Shown here one piece after another: positions 1 through 11,042 of a DNA stretch of 64,000 nucleotides. Source of the DNA: Tubiluchus corallicola (lineage: Eukaryota; Animalia; Priapulida). The position numbers were made by a program, and so were the translations under genes. Position 1 is the stretch's first letter; each line of letters starts with the position of its first letter. Below the pieces are notes generated by a model, which saw only the letters and a list, made by a program, of their open reading frames with translations, had not been told where the DNA came from and did no database searches. The stretch covers positions 1 through 64,000 of the forward strand of contig JAQGDQ010000715.1 in NCBI GenBank assembly GCA_030141605.1, read 5' to 3'.

Positions 1-356
1 CATTAATTTTGTATAGGATTCTCCATGAATTAAAAAAATGCAGGCTGGCAATTGTTTGTGGGGTCGGCAGATATTTTTAACTTCCTGTCTCAATTTCTGG
101 TAGAAAAAAATTGCAAAATTTGCGCCCTGCATGATTTAAACAACCTATACATTAAATTAGGTAAAATGTACACTATTTCTAATCATGTCACTTGTAAATA
201 AGTTGTGTTTGCCTGGCATACTGATAGTTGTAGGCCTATCACTTGTTATGTTCCCATGTTTTTGTCTTCTAGTTTGCTGTATTTTACACATAATAGTGTT
301 TGCCTTGCTGTCATCACCTTTTAACATCATTAAGGAGCAAAGCTCAAGATCATTAA

Positions 357-816
357 AGCTTTCAGTCCCAAATTATTTTTTTAATAAGAAAAAATTTTTT
401 GGCTTGTTACTTTTGCTCAGTATGTCCATCTTGTTTACACATAATAATTATTTTTTTCTACCTGTGCCTGCGTGCTAAATATAGCCTGTATCCCACAGGA
501 TACATTGGGATTCAATGGAAGCATAAAATGTGCTTCATTTTGCAACTACTGATAATTTTTTAAAGTATTTAAGACATTTAGTATGCATGCTATGCTGATC
601 TGTACAAAGTCGTCTCTAAAGTACTGTACCTTGCGCAGTTTTTTATGCTATGTAGATTTTCTAGTTTGCCATTTTATCACCATTTTTAGTCTATTGTTAT
701 TGGCTTAAATCAAAATAACTATTAACAGATCAAATAACTGTCAGTTTTAAAATTTTATTAATTTTAAAGGCAGAAAATATTCTCGTATACCATGGGATAC
801 AACGGGTGTGAAAGTG
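357..816. mobile_element. piggyBac-type MITE (copy in left arm)
   Basis: TTAA flanks at 353-356 and 817-820; degenerate CCCTTTCA...TGAAAGGG termini; homologous to 6558-7013. Confidence 0.8.
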
Positions 817-935
817 TTAAAGCTTAAGCTTAAATTTTGCTTTCTAATACTGTTTTCAGGTGTGAATTCTGCAAGAAATACTTTATAAGTACATCACACC
901 ATGCTCACATGATGGCGTGATTGTTGACCAGAATT

Positions 936-1269
936 ATGGCTAAGGCTGTGGCGAAGAAAAAAGAGAAGTCGCACTGGTCAACACGCGTTCGTGACACGAT
1001 TGTGCTGTCCAACAGTGAGACGCAGGGAATAGAGGATGCCGGTTCTATTGTGGTCAAAGGGGGTGCTGCCAACGGTCAGTTTCCCTGGCTTTCAGAAGTG
1101 AAGCAGTCTTTATTGAATTATCATAGTGGTAAACTGCTGGTGGATGATATTGTGTTGGAGGTGAATGGACAGAAGGTGGCTGGATTGACACAGTCGGACG
1201 TGCAGAACTGGATTCATCATTGTGCAGCCAACAATGGACCTATACTGATCCGTACTGTGAAGCCCACAG
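936..1269 (+). CDS. MAGI: MAGI-family first coding exon (PDZ0), duplicated plus-strand copy; probably an orphan exon
   Basis: MAKAVAKKKEKSHWSTRV...KGGAANGQFPWL...LEVNGQKVAGLT...HC matches the MAGI1-3 N-terminus (KKKSHW...KGGAENGQFPYL...LEVN..VAGLT); acceptor ttttcag|860, phase-1 donor cag|gtaagt. Confidence 0.75.
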
Positions 1270-1746
1270 GTAAGTGTATTAGTCATAGCTACATAATTTG
1301 AAGTATCTCTAAATATATTTAGAGAAAAGAAAATTCCTAATAATTTAAAATAAGGAAACAAAAAAAGAGGATTTTTAGTAATTTAAAATGTTTGTGTAAA
1401 TGGTGAAAGGTTGCTGACTCACCTTCCCAGTGTGCACCCTACTGACCCATTAAAAACAAAAACTTATTTTTAATCTTACTGGCAAGATACAGCAATTTAT
1501 ATTTTTATTTAGTTAGCATAATGTGTGGTGCGAATGCTCTGATTTCAAACTTTACGTAAATTTACTTGAACTTGTTTCAAACGACTTACTTTTACAATGG
1601 TGTGCCTAACGGTCGTCACAGAAGTTTAATTTTCTAAGCTTTCTACATCATTACTGGTAACACAATCTCTTCATACATTAAGACAACCATGTAAGTGATA
1701 TAAAATTTCAAGACAAATTTTTAAAGCGTTATTTACACTACTACTA

Positions 1747-1785
<39 letters not shown>

Positions 1786-1799
1786 CTACTACTACTAGA

Positions 1800-2603
1800 A
1801 GTATTCCATTCTGCGCTACATATTATTTGTCTACTATTTCTTGCTACTTAACATGCCACGCACCTGCACCCCTGTACCGGGTCATAGATACCAAAATTAT
1901 ACCCCAGAAGCTCTGGAAGCTGCCCTACATGCCGTCAAGAATACCAACAGGACAATCAGCGCAGCGGCGAAGCAATTCGGAGTTCCAAGAAAGACCCTTT
2001 CTGACAAACTCTCAGGAAGTCATCCGCGGAAGACCGGAGGTCAGCCAGTGTTCTCCGCCGCCGAGGAGCACGAAATCGCCAACACTCCAAGTGGTCAGTG
2101 AATGGGGGTTCCCAATGACTGCCATCGATCTCCGACTACTGATTAAGAGTGTTCTTGACGCGAAGGGGATCCAGGAACGACGATTCAAGGCAAACACCCC
2201 TGGAATAGACTTTGTCAAATCATTCGCCCGAAGGAACAATCTGGTTTTCAGAGTGGCTGGCAACATCAAGGGCGCCCGCGCGAAGATCAGTGCACACGAC
2301 GTTCAAGCCTTCCTTGCCAACGTAGAAGTTTCTATTTGAAAACTAAAACTAGACATTTTTCATAATTTTTTCATAGGGTGGCGAACTCACCCCCAACCAG
2401 CCAATCACAACCAGTTAACTTCAGCTGCCTAGAATGGCATTAACCAGTATTAAATTGCTAGTGGCGAATTCACCCCACGATAGTGTTTCATTCGAAAGGC
2501 AATATAAAGTTTGAACTAAAAAAATCGGTTGGGTAATTCTCTTGCTATGGCAAGAAACGTAAAAAATACCCCTAAAAAGTGGCGAACTCACCCCGTTTTA
2601 CGG
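1800..2603 (+). mobile_element. Pogo/Tigger-like (Tc1/mariner superfamily) transposon remnant; frameshifted HTH_psq + CENP-B-like transposase N-terminus
   Basis: ATG 1853 MPRT...YTPEALEAAL..VK..TISAAAKQFGVPRKTLSDKLSG..GGQPVFS..EE, frameshift ~2085, then WGFPMT..DLR..PG.DF.KSF..RN; three GTGGCGAAYTCACCCC subterminal repeats; right end ...GTTTTACGG|TA; DDE domain and left TIR absent. Confidence 0.85.
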
Positions 2604-2605
2604 TA

Positions 2606-2985
2606 TTCTTCTTCTTCTTCTTCTTCTTCCCAGCTTTTCCCCATTCGGGGTCGCCGTTGTGAATGAGTCTTCTCCACGCATTCCTGTTGTTGACCATCTC
2701 TTCATTTATGTCTTCCCTTCCCACATGACCTTCACCGACTCTTCTTTTCAGGTGTCCATACCATCGCAATCTTGCGAGGCTTCCACTACTTTTACTGTTC
2801 CTCTAATATTATTATTTCTAAATTTATCTCTTCTTGCTATTCCCACAATTCATCTCAACATCCTCATCTCCGCCACACCCATTTTCTTCTCTTCGGTTTT
2901 CTTTAGAGAAGCTGCTTCCAGCCCATAGATTAGAGCGGGTCTGACCACTTCTTTGTGGACTTTCCCTTTAAGTCTCACCGACTCA
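2606..2985 (-). mobile_element. RTE-clade LINE 3' fragment with (AAG)n tail
   Basis: [19 protein letters not shown]...AEMRMLR...MRWYGHLKRR...NRNAWRRLI.NGDP followed by a trinucleotide tail. Confidence 0.85.
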
Positions 2986-3335
2986 TTCATAGAAGGATAG
3001 ACAGATAGACGGACTGACTGAGTGATAAGTTTCAATGTACCTATTCAATCTTACGTGTTCAATGTAAAAATACATTGAACATAAGAAATGTATTCTGCTT
3101 ATCGGAGACAGAGCACCAGTCAATTATTTACAAAGTACGCGACTAACTGAATATTGACAATGGCGCCATCACAACTAAGATTACGAAAAAAGGAACTACA
3201 ATATTATAAAATTACTAGAAATTAGCAAAACTATGAAACGCGAATTATTCACAAAATTTACATATTTACCAAAATTAAGAGAACACTAAGGTGATGAGTG
3301 TGGAGAGCATTAATTACATCTGTTTAATCAGTAAC

Positions 3336-3608
3336 ATTCTATATCATATGATGTCATATTCTGTAACAAGATGATAGCCTATTTTAGTGCATTACGTGGA
3401 CAGTATTCTATATCATATGATGTCATATTCTGTAACAAGATAATAGCCTATTTTAGTGCATTACGTGGGCAATATTCTATATCATATGATGTCATATTCT
3501 GTAACAAGACGATAGCCTATTTTAGTGCATTACGTAGGCAATATTCTATATCATATGATGTCATATTCTGTAACAAGACGATAGCCTATTTTAGTGCATT
3601 ACGTGGGC
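3336..3608. repeat. Tandem repeat, 69-bp unit x ~4
   Basis: ATTCTATATCATATGATGTCATATTCTGTAACAAG... recurs every 69 bp (23-aa period in ORF 3371..3616). Confidence 0.95.
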
Positions 3609-3865
3609 TATTATAAAATGATGGGCCATTATAAAATGATGACAATCCTGTATTGATGAACTTATAACAGTAATAAAGTAGTCCATTTGTATATAACAAT
3701 CAATAATATTCTATATGGTAATAAATAGAGCTCCATTAAATTTGTGGTCGTGGAAAAATACATTGCCAGCAGGCCTAGCAAAATCGTGTCTATTTTGGAG
3801 GGTATTACGTAGGTTTAAGACTCGCCCCCTGAATGCAAGGTATTTCATTCGTGACCACCACCACC

Positions 3866-3900
3866 TCTCTCTCTCTCTCTCTCTCTCTCCGTCCCTCCCT

Positions 3901-3948
<48 letters not shown>
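3866..3948. repeat. (CT)n microsatellite
   Basis: Direct reading. Confidence 0.95.
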
Positions 3949-3950
<2 letters not shown>

Positions 3951-4439
3951 ACTTCCCAGCGGCAACAGTTGCCTAACTCTCACTACTATATTATTTCTAG
4001 GGCTGTCTGCACTGCAAAAATAAAAACATTATCTTACAATAGAAATTTCCTAACAAGTTCAGTGCACTTATTGACAGGTAGGCGTGGGCCGTGTACGTGC
4101 CGAAATGCGGATTCTCTCCCGCATTATTAAAGACCAGATTAATCTAAATCAAATAAAATTTATAGCAACGGAGAAACATTGGCAGCATACTAAACACACT
4201 TAAGCTGCATGGGGCAGAATCAATGGCCAGGAAAAATGGCTGAACAATAGAACGTACAGTGCCTACTTGCAAAATTGCTCGACTTTTTCCGGTTTTGCAT
4301 TTTATCTACAACACGAAGGACACGTGTAATCTAATTTTACTGATTGTGTGCTTGTAGAGTGCAAATTGGTGTTTAATCTTAATCTGTAATAACACTCTAA
4401 CTTGAATCTTTGCAATACAGCGTCAGTATTATGTACTGT

Positions 4440-4550
4440 CATATCACGTTGAAAACTCCGGTTCTCGTCTGATCACCGAAATTAAGCAACGTAGAGCCTG
4501 GTTAGTACTTGGATGGGTGACCGCCTAGGAATACCAGGTGCTGTAGGCTT
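4440..4550 (+). pseudogene. 5S rRNA-derived sequence (SINE head, lacks first ~9 nt)
   Basis: CATATCACGTTGAAAACTCCGGTTCTCGTCTGATCACCGAAATTAAGCAACGT...GGTTAGTACTTGGATGGGTGACCGCC..GGAATACCAGGTGCTGTAGGCTT matches metazoan 5S; no oligo-T Pol III terminator follows. Confidence 0.85.
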
Positions 4551-4941
4551 GCGGGATGCCCACACTGTATCTCGACACTAGAGGAGCTGCACAAGGCAGC
4601 CAACAGCTAGAGGGCGGAGGAGGTCAAGTGATCCAACGAGGCGGACCAGTGCAGCATGCTCACTGACTCCGGCAGCTCCTGCAGCCAACCTGGTGCCAAA
4701 CGTATCGCTCCGCTTTCCTTTGGACTACACCAGGAAGGAAGAGAGGGGGTTCCTGTTGTCTGGGCAACTCATGATCTCCACACACCTTGCCCAGGCGTGT
4801 GCCCAGGAGAGGCCATTCCAGTGGTTCAAGGATCGGACTGCTCAGCCACAGTCGACGCTGCAGCTCCATCAATGTGATCAATAGTTGACTCTCTTGGCGC
4901 GCACTCCATTGTCTTCCGAGACAGAAGGATGCCAACAACAG
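4440..4941 (+). mobile_element. 5S rRNA-headed SINE (SINE3-type)
   Basis: 5S head 4440-4550, ~390-bp GC-rich body, short (CAA) tail, 11-bp TSD TTATGTACTGT at 4429-4439 and 4942-4952. Confidence 0.8.
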
Positions 4942-5199
4942 TTATGTACTGTAATCGTCTCATTTCTGCAACTGAAATTGACACAACCTCTGCAACACTG
5001 TAATGTAATTTAACTGCAGCTCTGCTGTCTCACTTACAAGTGCAACTCTGCAATGCAATTTCTCTAGCTATGTTAAATATAGAGCAATTTTTGTCGCTTT
5101 TTATTTCTGTGTCATTTTACGATGTTACTTTTTAGCTGTGCAAAACTAATTCTTTAGCTGAAAAATGAAATTGCACTTCTGTAGCTCTTTGGTGACACT

Positions 5200-5950
5200 T
5201 TTCAACCCCACAACGCCATTTCTGATACTTGAGTACAAAAAACAGGATATTGAGTATTTTATAACACACTTATGGAAAAATAGATGCCGTACTCGCTACC
5301 AATGCCAGGAGTTATCTATCCTTCCTGAAAATGTATTTTTAACTCCACTAGACCTTCCTTTTCATACAGGTAGCAGAAGGCTAAAAAAACTATCTTGTAG
5401 TATTTTACTAGGACTAGGTAACTTTAAAGATTTTCTTTTTAAAATTGGATATATACACGAAAATGCCTGTATATGCTCAGAGGAAGCTCAAACAGTTGAA
5501 GATTTGCTTTTTAATTGTACTTTGGTCGACAAAAATAAAAGATTTGCGCTCGCAAATAGCCTACAATTTCAAAACATTAGTAAAATTTATACCTCTCGAG
5601 ACAAAAACCTGCTAGTTGCTTTCTCTGAGTTAGTTTGTGATTCGTTTTTACAAACTTTAGTATAAAATATTGAACTTTTATATTATATCTGTCACTTTTA
5701 TATTATACGTGTCGTTTTGTGTAAATTGGTACTATTTGATTTTAGTTGTTCTTTTATTGGTATATTGATTTATTGGTATTTAAAAGTCTTGCGAATATAA
5801 CAGCTATTTTATTTAAAAAGTTTTTTTAACCATACCCTGCAAATAGAGGGTCCGTGTATGTATTTTATGTAAATATTTGTATATTTGTATATATGTATAT
5901 GCGTTCAATTTTAAATTTTAAATAAAGAATAATAATAATAATAATGATGA
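5200..5950 (+). mobile_element. 5'-truncated LINE 3' end (I/Nimb/R1-like C-terminal zinc knuckle) with (AAT)n tail
   Basis: LLGLGNFKDFLFKIG...CICSEEAQTVEDLLFNC resembles LTGHG.F..YL.....C.C....TVEHLLF.C; AATAAA then (AAT)n at ~5922-5945. Confidence 0.7.
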
Positions 5951-6557
5951 TACTTGTTTCTCTAACGTGATCTCTCCATCTCTGCTTCCATATCTTTGCA
6001 GAAATTGTACTGCCCTGCACTACAGCAGTGAACACTTCACTTAGTTGCTAAATAAACTTAAAGAGACAGCCTTTCACACAATCATCGCGTTATCACGCAA
6101 TGCAGTAATTATAAGCTATCAAGATGACTAGAAGATTTCATTCATAAAGCAACTTGCTAATCTCGTTTAATAATAACTTCAATTACATCAAAAATTTAAT
6201 TAGTGCAGTACATGCAATGTAATCCTCGTCTAGCTTATACACCCCTCCTCAATACGATGCCAGACATTCAGTAATTCGTGGGGAAAACCTAAGCCAATTT
6301 ACCAATGGATCAACCCGTATATAATGAGACACGTGGTTTGAAACCCTTTAAAGGGTTTTGTGTTAGTAAAAAAAACTTCGGTATTTTTTTCCAAAAACGT
6401 TATTTTCTTTAAAGAAATTTACTTTTTCGAGTTGAATGAGTAATAGAGCTTTCACTGTGCCTTGTTGTACGGACCACAATGACACTAGTACCGCTAGTTA
6501 GAAAGTTTGAACAACATGTTCTGTCCACTGAAAAATTCCCACACTTAATGCAATTAA

Positions 6558-7013
6558 CCCTTTCATACCCGTTGTATCCCATGGGATACGAGAATATTTT
6601 CTGCCTTTAAAATTAATAAAATTTTAAAACTGAGAGTTATTTGATCTGTTAATAGTTATTTTGATTTAAGCCAATAACAATAGACTAAAAATGGTGATAA
6701 AATGGCAAACTAGAAAATCTACGTAGCATAAAAAACTGCGCAAGGTACAGTACTTTAGAGACGACTTTGTACAGATCAGCATAGCATGCATACTAAATGT
6801 CTTAAATACTTTAAAAAATTATCAGCATTTGCTTTTTATCATGTTTAGCAACCATTGAATCCCAATGTATCCCGTGGGATACAGGCTATATTTAGCACGC
6901 GGGCACAGGTAGAAAAAAATAATTTTTAAGCGTAAACAAGATGGACATACTGAACAAAAGTACCAAGCCAAATTTTTTTTTCTTATTAAAAAAATAATTT
7001 GGGACTGAAAGGG
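6558..7013. mobile_element. piggyBac-type MITE with intact termini
   Basis: TTAA|CCCTTTCA...TGAAAGGG|TTAA. Confidence 0.85.
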
Positions 7014-7756
7014 TTAATAACAATCATCCCCCAGCTGTGATAGGCACACTGACAACTTAAGAAACAAAAAATGTAAGTACTTTAACCATTTATAAGGGAA
7101 TTTGAGTACAAATCACTTTCACTATTAAGTAAATTCGTTTTACTCAATTTGACAAACTGGCAATTTAATAGCAAAATCGGTCTTCAAACTTGTCAGTTTA
7201 TTTACAACTTAACTTGATGAGTGTGTACAGAGTTTTGAGTTTATTTAACAAACAATTAAATTAAATTTACAATATGCTCCCACAAAGCATCTTTGTGTAT
7301 CAAGCGCTGTAACTAGGTTGTCAAATATTACTAATTGAGCAATTTTAATGTTTAATGTAGCCACATTAAAGCAAAAGTAACCTAATTTATGTGCACTGGA
7401 GATTATTGCTGTTTGCACGTTACTAGATCAACAATTCTTGAACAATATACTTAAGATCTTAACGAAAAGTTTATAAAAGTATTTTTACGATAAATGCACT
7501 TGAAGATAAAACACAACAATGTCTACCATAATAAAAATATTTAAGTTAATAAAAGTAAATATACAGTATTTATATAAGTTTTAAAAATAGTGTTCTTATC
7601 TTGAAGCATTACTAACTGTCTATCACCCAGACAAGACTGTAGGTTAAGCTTGCTGTCCAGAATAAAAAACTGCATGTGAGTTTGCAATGCAGTTAGAAAA
7701 CTTACAATGCAATTTTATATCATAAATAATGGTACTTTATATCTAATATTAATATT

Positions 7757-8002
7757 GTAGTAGCAGTAGCAGTAGCAGTAGTAGTAGTAGCAGCAGCAGC
7801 AGCAGCAGCAGTAGCGGCAGCAACAGCAGCAGCAGCAGCAGCGGTAGTAGCAGTAGTAGTAGTAGTAGTAGTAGTAGCAGCAGTAGCGGCAGCAACAGCA
7901 GCAGTAGTAGTAGTAGTAGCGGCAGCAGCGGTAGTAGTTTTAGTAGTAGTAGTAGTAGCAGTTGTAGTAGTAGCGACAGTAGTTGTAGTAGTGGTAGTAG
8001 TG

Positions 8003-8063
<61 letters not shown>

Positions 8064-8125
8064 CAGTAGCAGTAGCAGTAGCAGTAGCCGTAGCCGTAGC
8101 CGTAGCCGTAGTCGTAGTCGTAGTC

Positions 8126-8186
<61 letters not shown>

Positions 8187-8247
8187 CGGTCGTAGTAGTA
8201 GTAGCAGTAGTAGTAGTAGTAGTAGTAATAGTAGTAGTAGTAGTAGC

Positions 8248-8312
<65 letters not shown>

Positions 8313-8352
8313 CAGCAGTAGTAGTAGTAGTAGTAGCAGTAGTAGTAGTAGT

Positions 8353-8387
<35 letters not shown>

Positions 8388-8397
8388 TAGTAGTAGT
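7757..8397. repeat. Compound (AGT/AGC)n microsatellite, ~640 bp
   Basis: Direct reading; source of the spurious poly-Leu and poly-Val ORFs. Confidence 0.95.
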
Positions 8398-8864
8398 GTA
8401 AATAACGCTTTAAAAATTTGTCTTGAAATTTTATATCACTTACATGGTTGTCTTAATGTATGAAGAGATTGTGTTACCAGTAATGATGTAGAAAGCTTAG
8501 AAAATTAAACTTCTGTGACGACCGTTAGGCACACCATTGTAAAAGTAAGTCGTTTGAAACAAGTTCAAGTAAATTTACATAAAGTTTGAAATCAGAGCAT
8601 TCGCACCACACATTATGCTAACTAAATAAAAATATAAATTGCTGTATCTTGCCAGTAAGATTAAAAATAAGTTTTTGTTTTTAATGGGTCAGTAGGGTGC
8701 ACACTGGGAAGGTGAGTCAGCAACCTTTCACCATTTACACAAACATTTTAAATTACTAAAAATCCTCTTTTTTTGTTTCCTTATTTTAAATTATTAGGAA
8801 TTTTCTTTTCTCTAAATATATTTAGAGATACTTCAAATTATGTAGCTATGACTAATACACTTAC

Positions 8865-9198
8865 CTGTGGGCTTCACAGTACGGATCAGTATAGGTCCAT
8901 TGTTGGCTGCACAATGATGAATCCAGTTCTGCACGTCCGACTGTGTCAATCCAGTCACCTTCTGTCCATTCACCTCCAACACAATATCATCCACCAGCAG
9001 TTTACCACTATGATAATTCAATAAAGACTGCTTCACTTCTGAAAGCCAGGGAAACTGACCGTTGGCAGCACCCCCTTTGACCACAATAGAACCGGCATCC
9101 TCTATTCCCTGCGTCTCACTGTTGGACAGCACAATCGTGTCACGAACGCGTGTTGACCAGTGCGACTTCTCTTTTTTCTTCGCCACAGCCTTAGCCAT
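8865..9198 (-). CDS. MAGI: MAGI-family first coding exon (PDZ0), probable native copy; gene would continue leftwards out of the window
   Basis: Same protein as 936-1269 except KVTGL for KVAGL; exon 9274-8865 with canonical AG/GT; unique sequence upstream with candidate non-coding exon donors at ~12650/12694. Confidence 0.85.
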
Positions 9199-9317
9199 AA
9201 TTCTGGTCAACAATCACGCCATCATGTGAGCATGGTGTGATGTACTTATAAAGTATTTCTTGCAGAATTCACACCTGAAAACAGTATTAGAAAGCAAAAT
9301 TTAAGCTTAAGCTTTAA

Positions 9318-9777
9318 CACTTTCACACCCGTTGTATCCCATGGTATACGAGAATATTTTCTGCCTTTAAAATTAATAAAATTTTAAAACTGACAGTTAT
9401 TTGATCTGTTAATAGTTATTTTGATTTAAGCCAATAACAATAGACTAAAAATGGTGATAAAATGGCAAACTAGAAAATCTACATAGGATAAAAAACTGCG
9501 CAAGGTACAGTACTTTAGAGACGACTTTGTACAGATCAGCATAGCATGCATACTAAATGTCTTAAATACTTTAAAAAATTATCAGTAGTTGCAAAATGAA
9601 GCACATTTTATGCTTCCATTGAATCCCAATGTATCCTGTGGGATACAGGCTATATTTAGCACGCAGGCACAGGTAGAAAAAAATAATTATTATGTGTAAA
9701 CAAGATGGACATACTGAGCAAAAGTAACAAGCCAAAAAATTTTTTCTTATTAAAAAAATAATTTGGGACTGAAAGCT
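9318..9777. mobile_element. piggyBac-type MITE (copy in right arm)
   Basis: Reverse complement of 357-816 with TTAA flanks. Confidence 0.8.
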
Positions 9778-10859
9778 TTAATGATCTTGAGCTTTGCTCC
9801 TTAATGATGTTAAAAGGTGATGACAGCAAGGCAAACACTATTATGTGTAAAATACAGCAAACTAGAAGACAAAAACATGGGAACATAACAAGTGATAGGC
9901 CTACAACTATCAGTATGCCAGGCAAACACAACTTATTTACAAGTGACATGATTAGAAATAGTGTACATTTTACCTAATTTAATGTACATGTTGTTTAAAA
10001 CATGCAGGGCGCAAATTTTGCAATTTTTTTCTACCGGAAATTGAGACTGGAAGTTAAAAATATCTGCCGACCCCACAAACAATTGCCAGCCTGCATTTTT
10101 TTAATTCATGGAGAATCCTATACAAAATTAATGTTCTATAGTAAGTTGAGAATATTGCATAACATATTTTTCCTTACAAACATGCCTACCTAGGATTTTT
10201 CTGGCTAATCTGTGCTTAACAGTAAATTGCTCATTCAGATCATTTTCATAAAAACTCCCATACAACATTGTTCTTATTTTTTGGCTGTTATCTTGTCAGT
10301 ACACACATATTATTTAGATGCCGAGCATACTGCACGGCTGATGCAGATATCGGCTAGAATATCATCTACACGGGGCATCCTCGTAGTAACACGGGAGTGA
10401 AAACTTTATTATAAGTTATAAGTACATGTATTTCCACTCTGCATCTAACAGTTATGACAAAAATACAGATAATTTCACTGAAGTAAATATAAGTATAAAT
10501 GCAATATTATCCAGAAATTACAAAAGAGATTCTTATGCAGCATATTCATGTGCAAATAACATTGCAGAATAATTTTGATGCATACAATTTGGGCCTAAAA
10601 GCATATCTTGGCAGGCCAAACTGTACGTGGAAATCTTAAAGAAGTGATTGATAAATGAAATAATGATAATATATACAACTTTTTGTGATTTGGCATTCAT
10701 TCAGATGTTTCTTTAAAGTCAAGCAATTCAATTTAAACTATGCTGCAAACATTACAATTTTGTGTAACCCGAGAAGTGAATACTGCGTAAATATTAATTT
10801 GGAAAAGATATAAAGTTTCACCAATATTGAGATGTAGTGAACGGGGGGGGGGGGCTGAT

Positions 10860-11009
10860 GGTATACGGTCATGGCAGAGTTTACCGGCCACAGGGACTGG
10901 TATACAGATGACTTCCACCAGTCCTCCGACAGTTTTACTGGAATTTCCGGGAGGACTGATCCGGAATTCTTGGTTAGATTTGCACCCTGAAGTGCAAGTT
11001 CTTGAAGGC

Positions 11010-11011
<2 letters not shown>
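10860..11011 (-). mobile_element. Possible decayed THAP-domain (P-element-like) fragment
   Basis: MPSRTCTSGCKSN then, after a frameshift, P.....EDW.KS.....W; loose fit to THAP spacing only. Confidence 0.25.

Positions 11012-11042
<31 letters not shown>

Larger units (their letters stand above)
1..1797 (+). repeat. Left arm of near-perfect inverted duplication (pairs with ~8337-10133; may extend beyond window start)
   Basis: Position x pairs with 10134-x (ORFs 185..478/9656..9949, 921..1301/8833..9213); only a handful of substitutions; arm ends in a (CTA/CTG)n tract. Confidence 0.95.
8337..10133 (-). repeat. Right arm of inverted duplication
   Basis: Reverse complement of 1-1797. Confidence 0.95.

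Noticed and set aside
185-478. 97-aa hydrophobic ORF present twice
   Set aside because: Intronic T-rich sequence plus MITE end; duplicated only because it lies in the inverted repeat
3336-3608. CRISPR-like regular repeats (also 55606-56010 and 32262-32511)
   Set aside because: Head-to-tail tandem units with no unique spacers and no cas genes; eukaryotic context
4440-4550. Functional 5S rRNA gene
   Set aside because: 5' end missing, no T-run terminator, single copy fused to a retroposon body inside a TSD
7749-8401. Long poly-Leu and poly-Val ORFs
   Set aside because: Translations of an (AGT/AGC)n microsatellite
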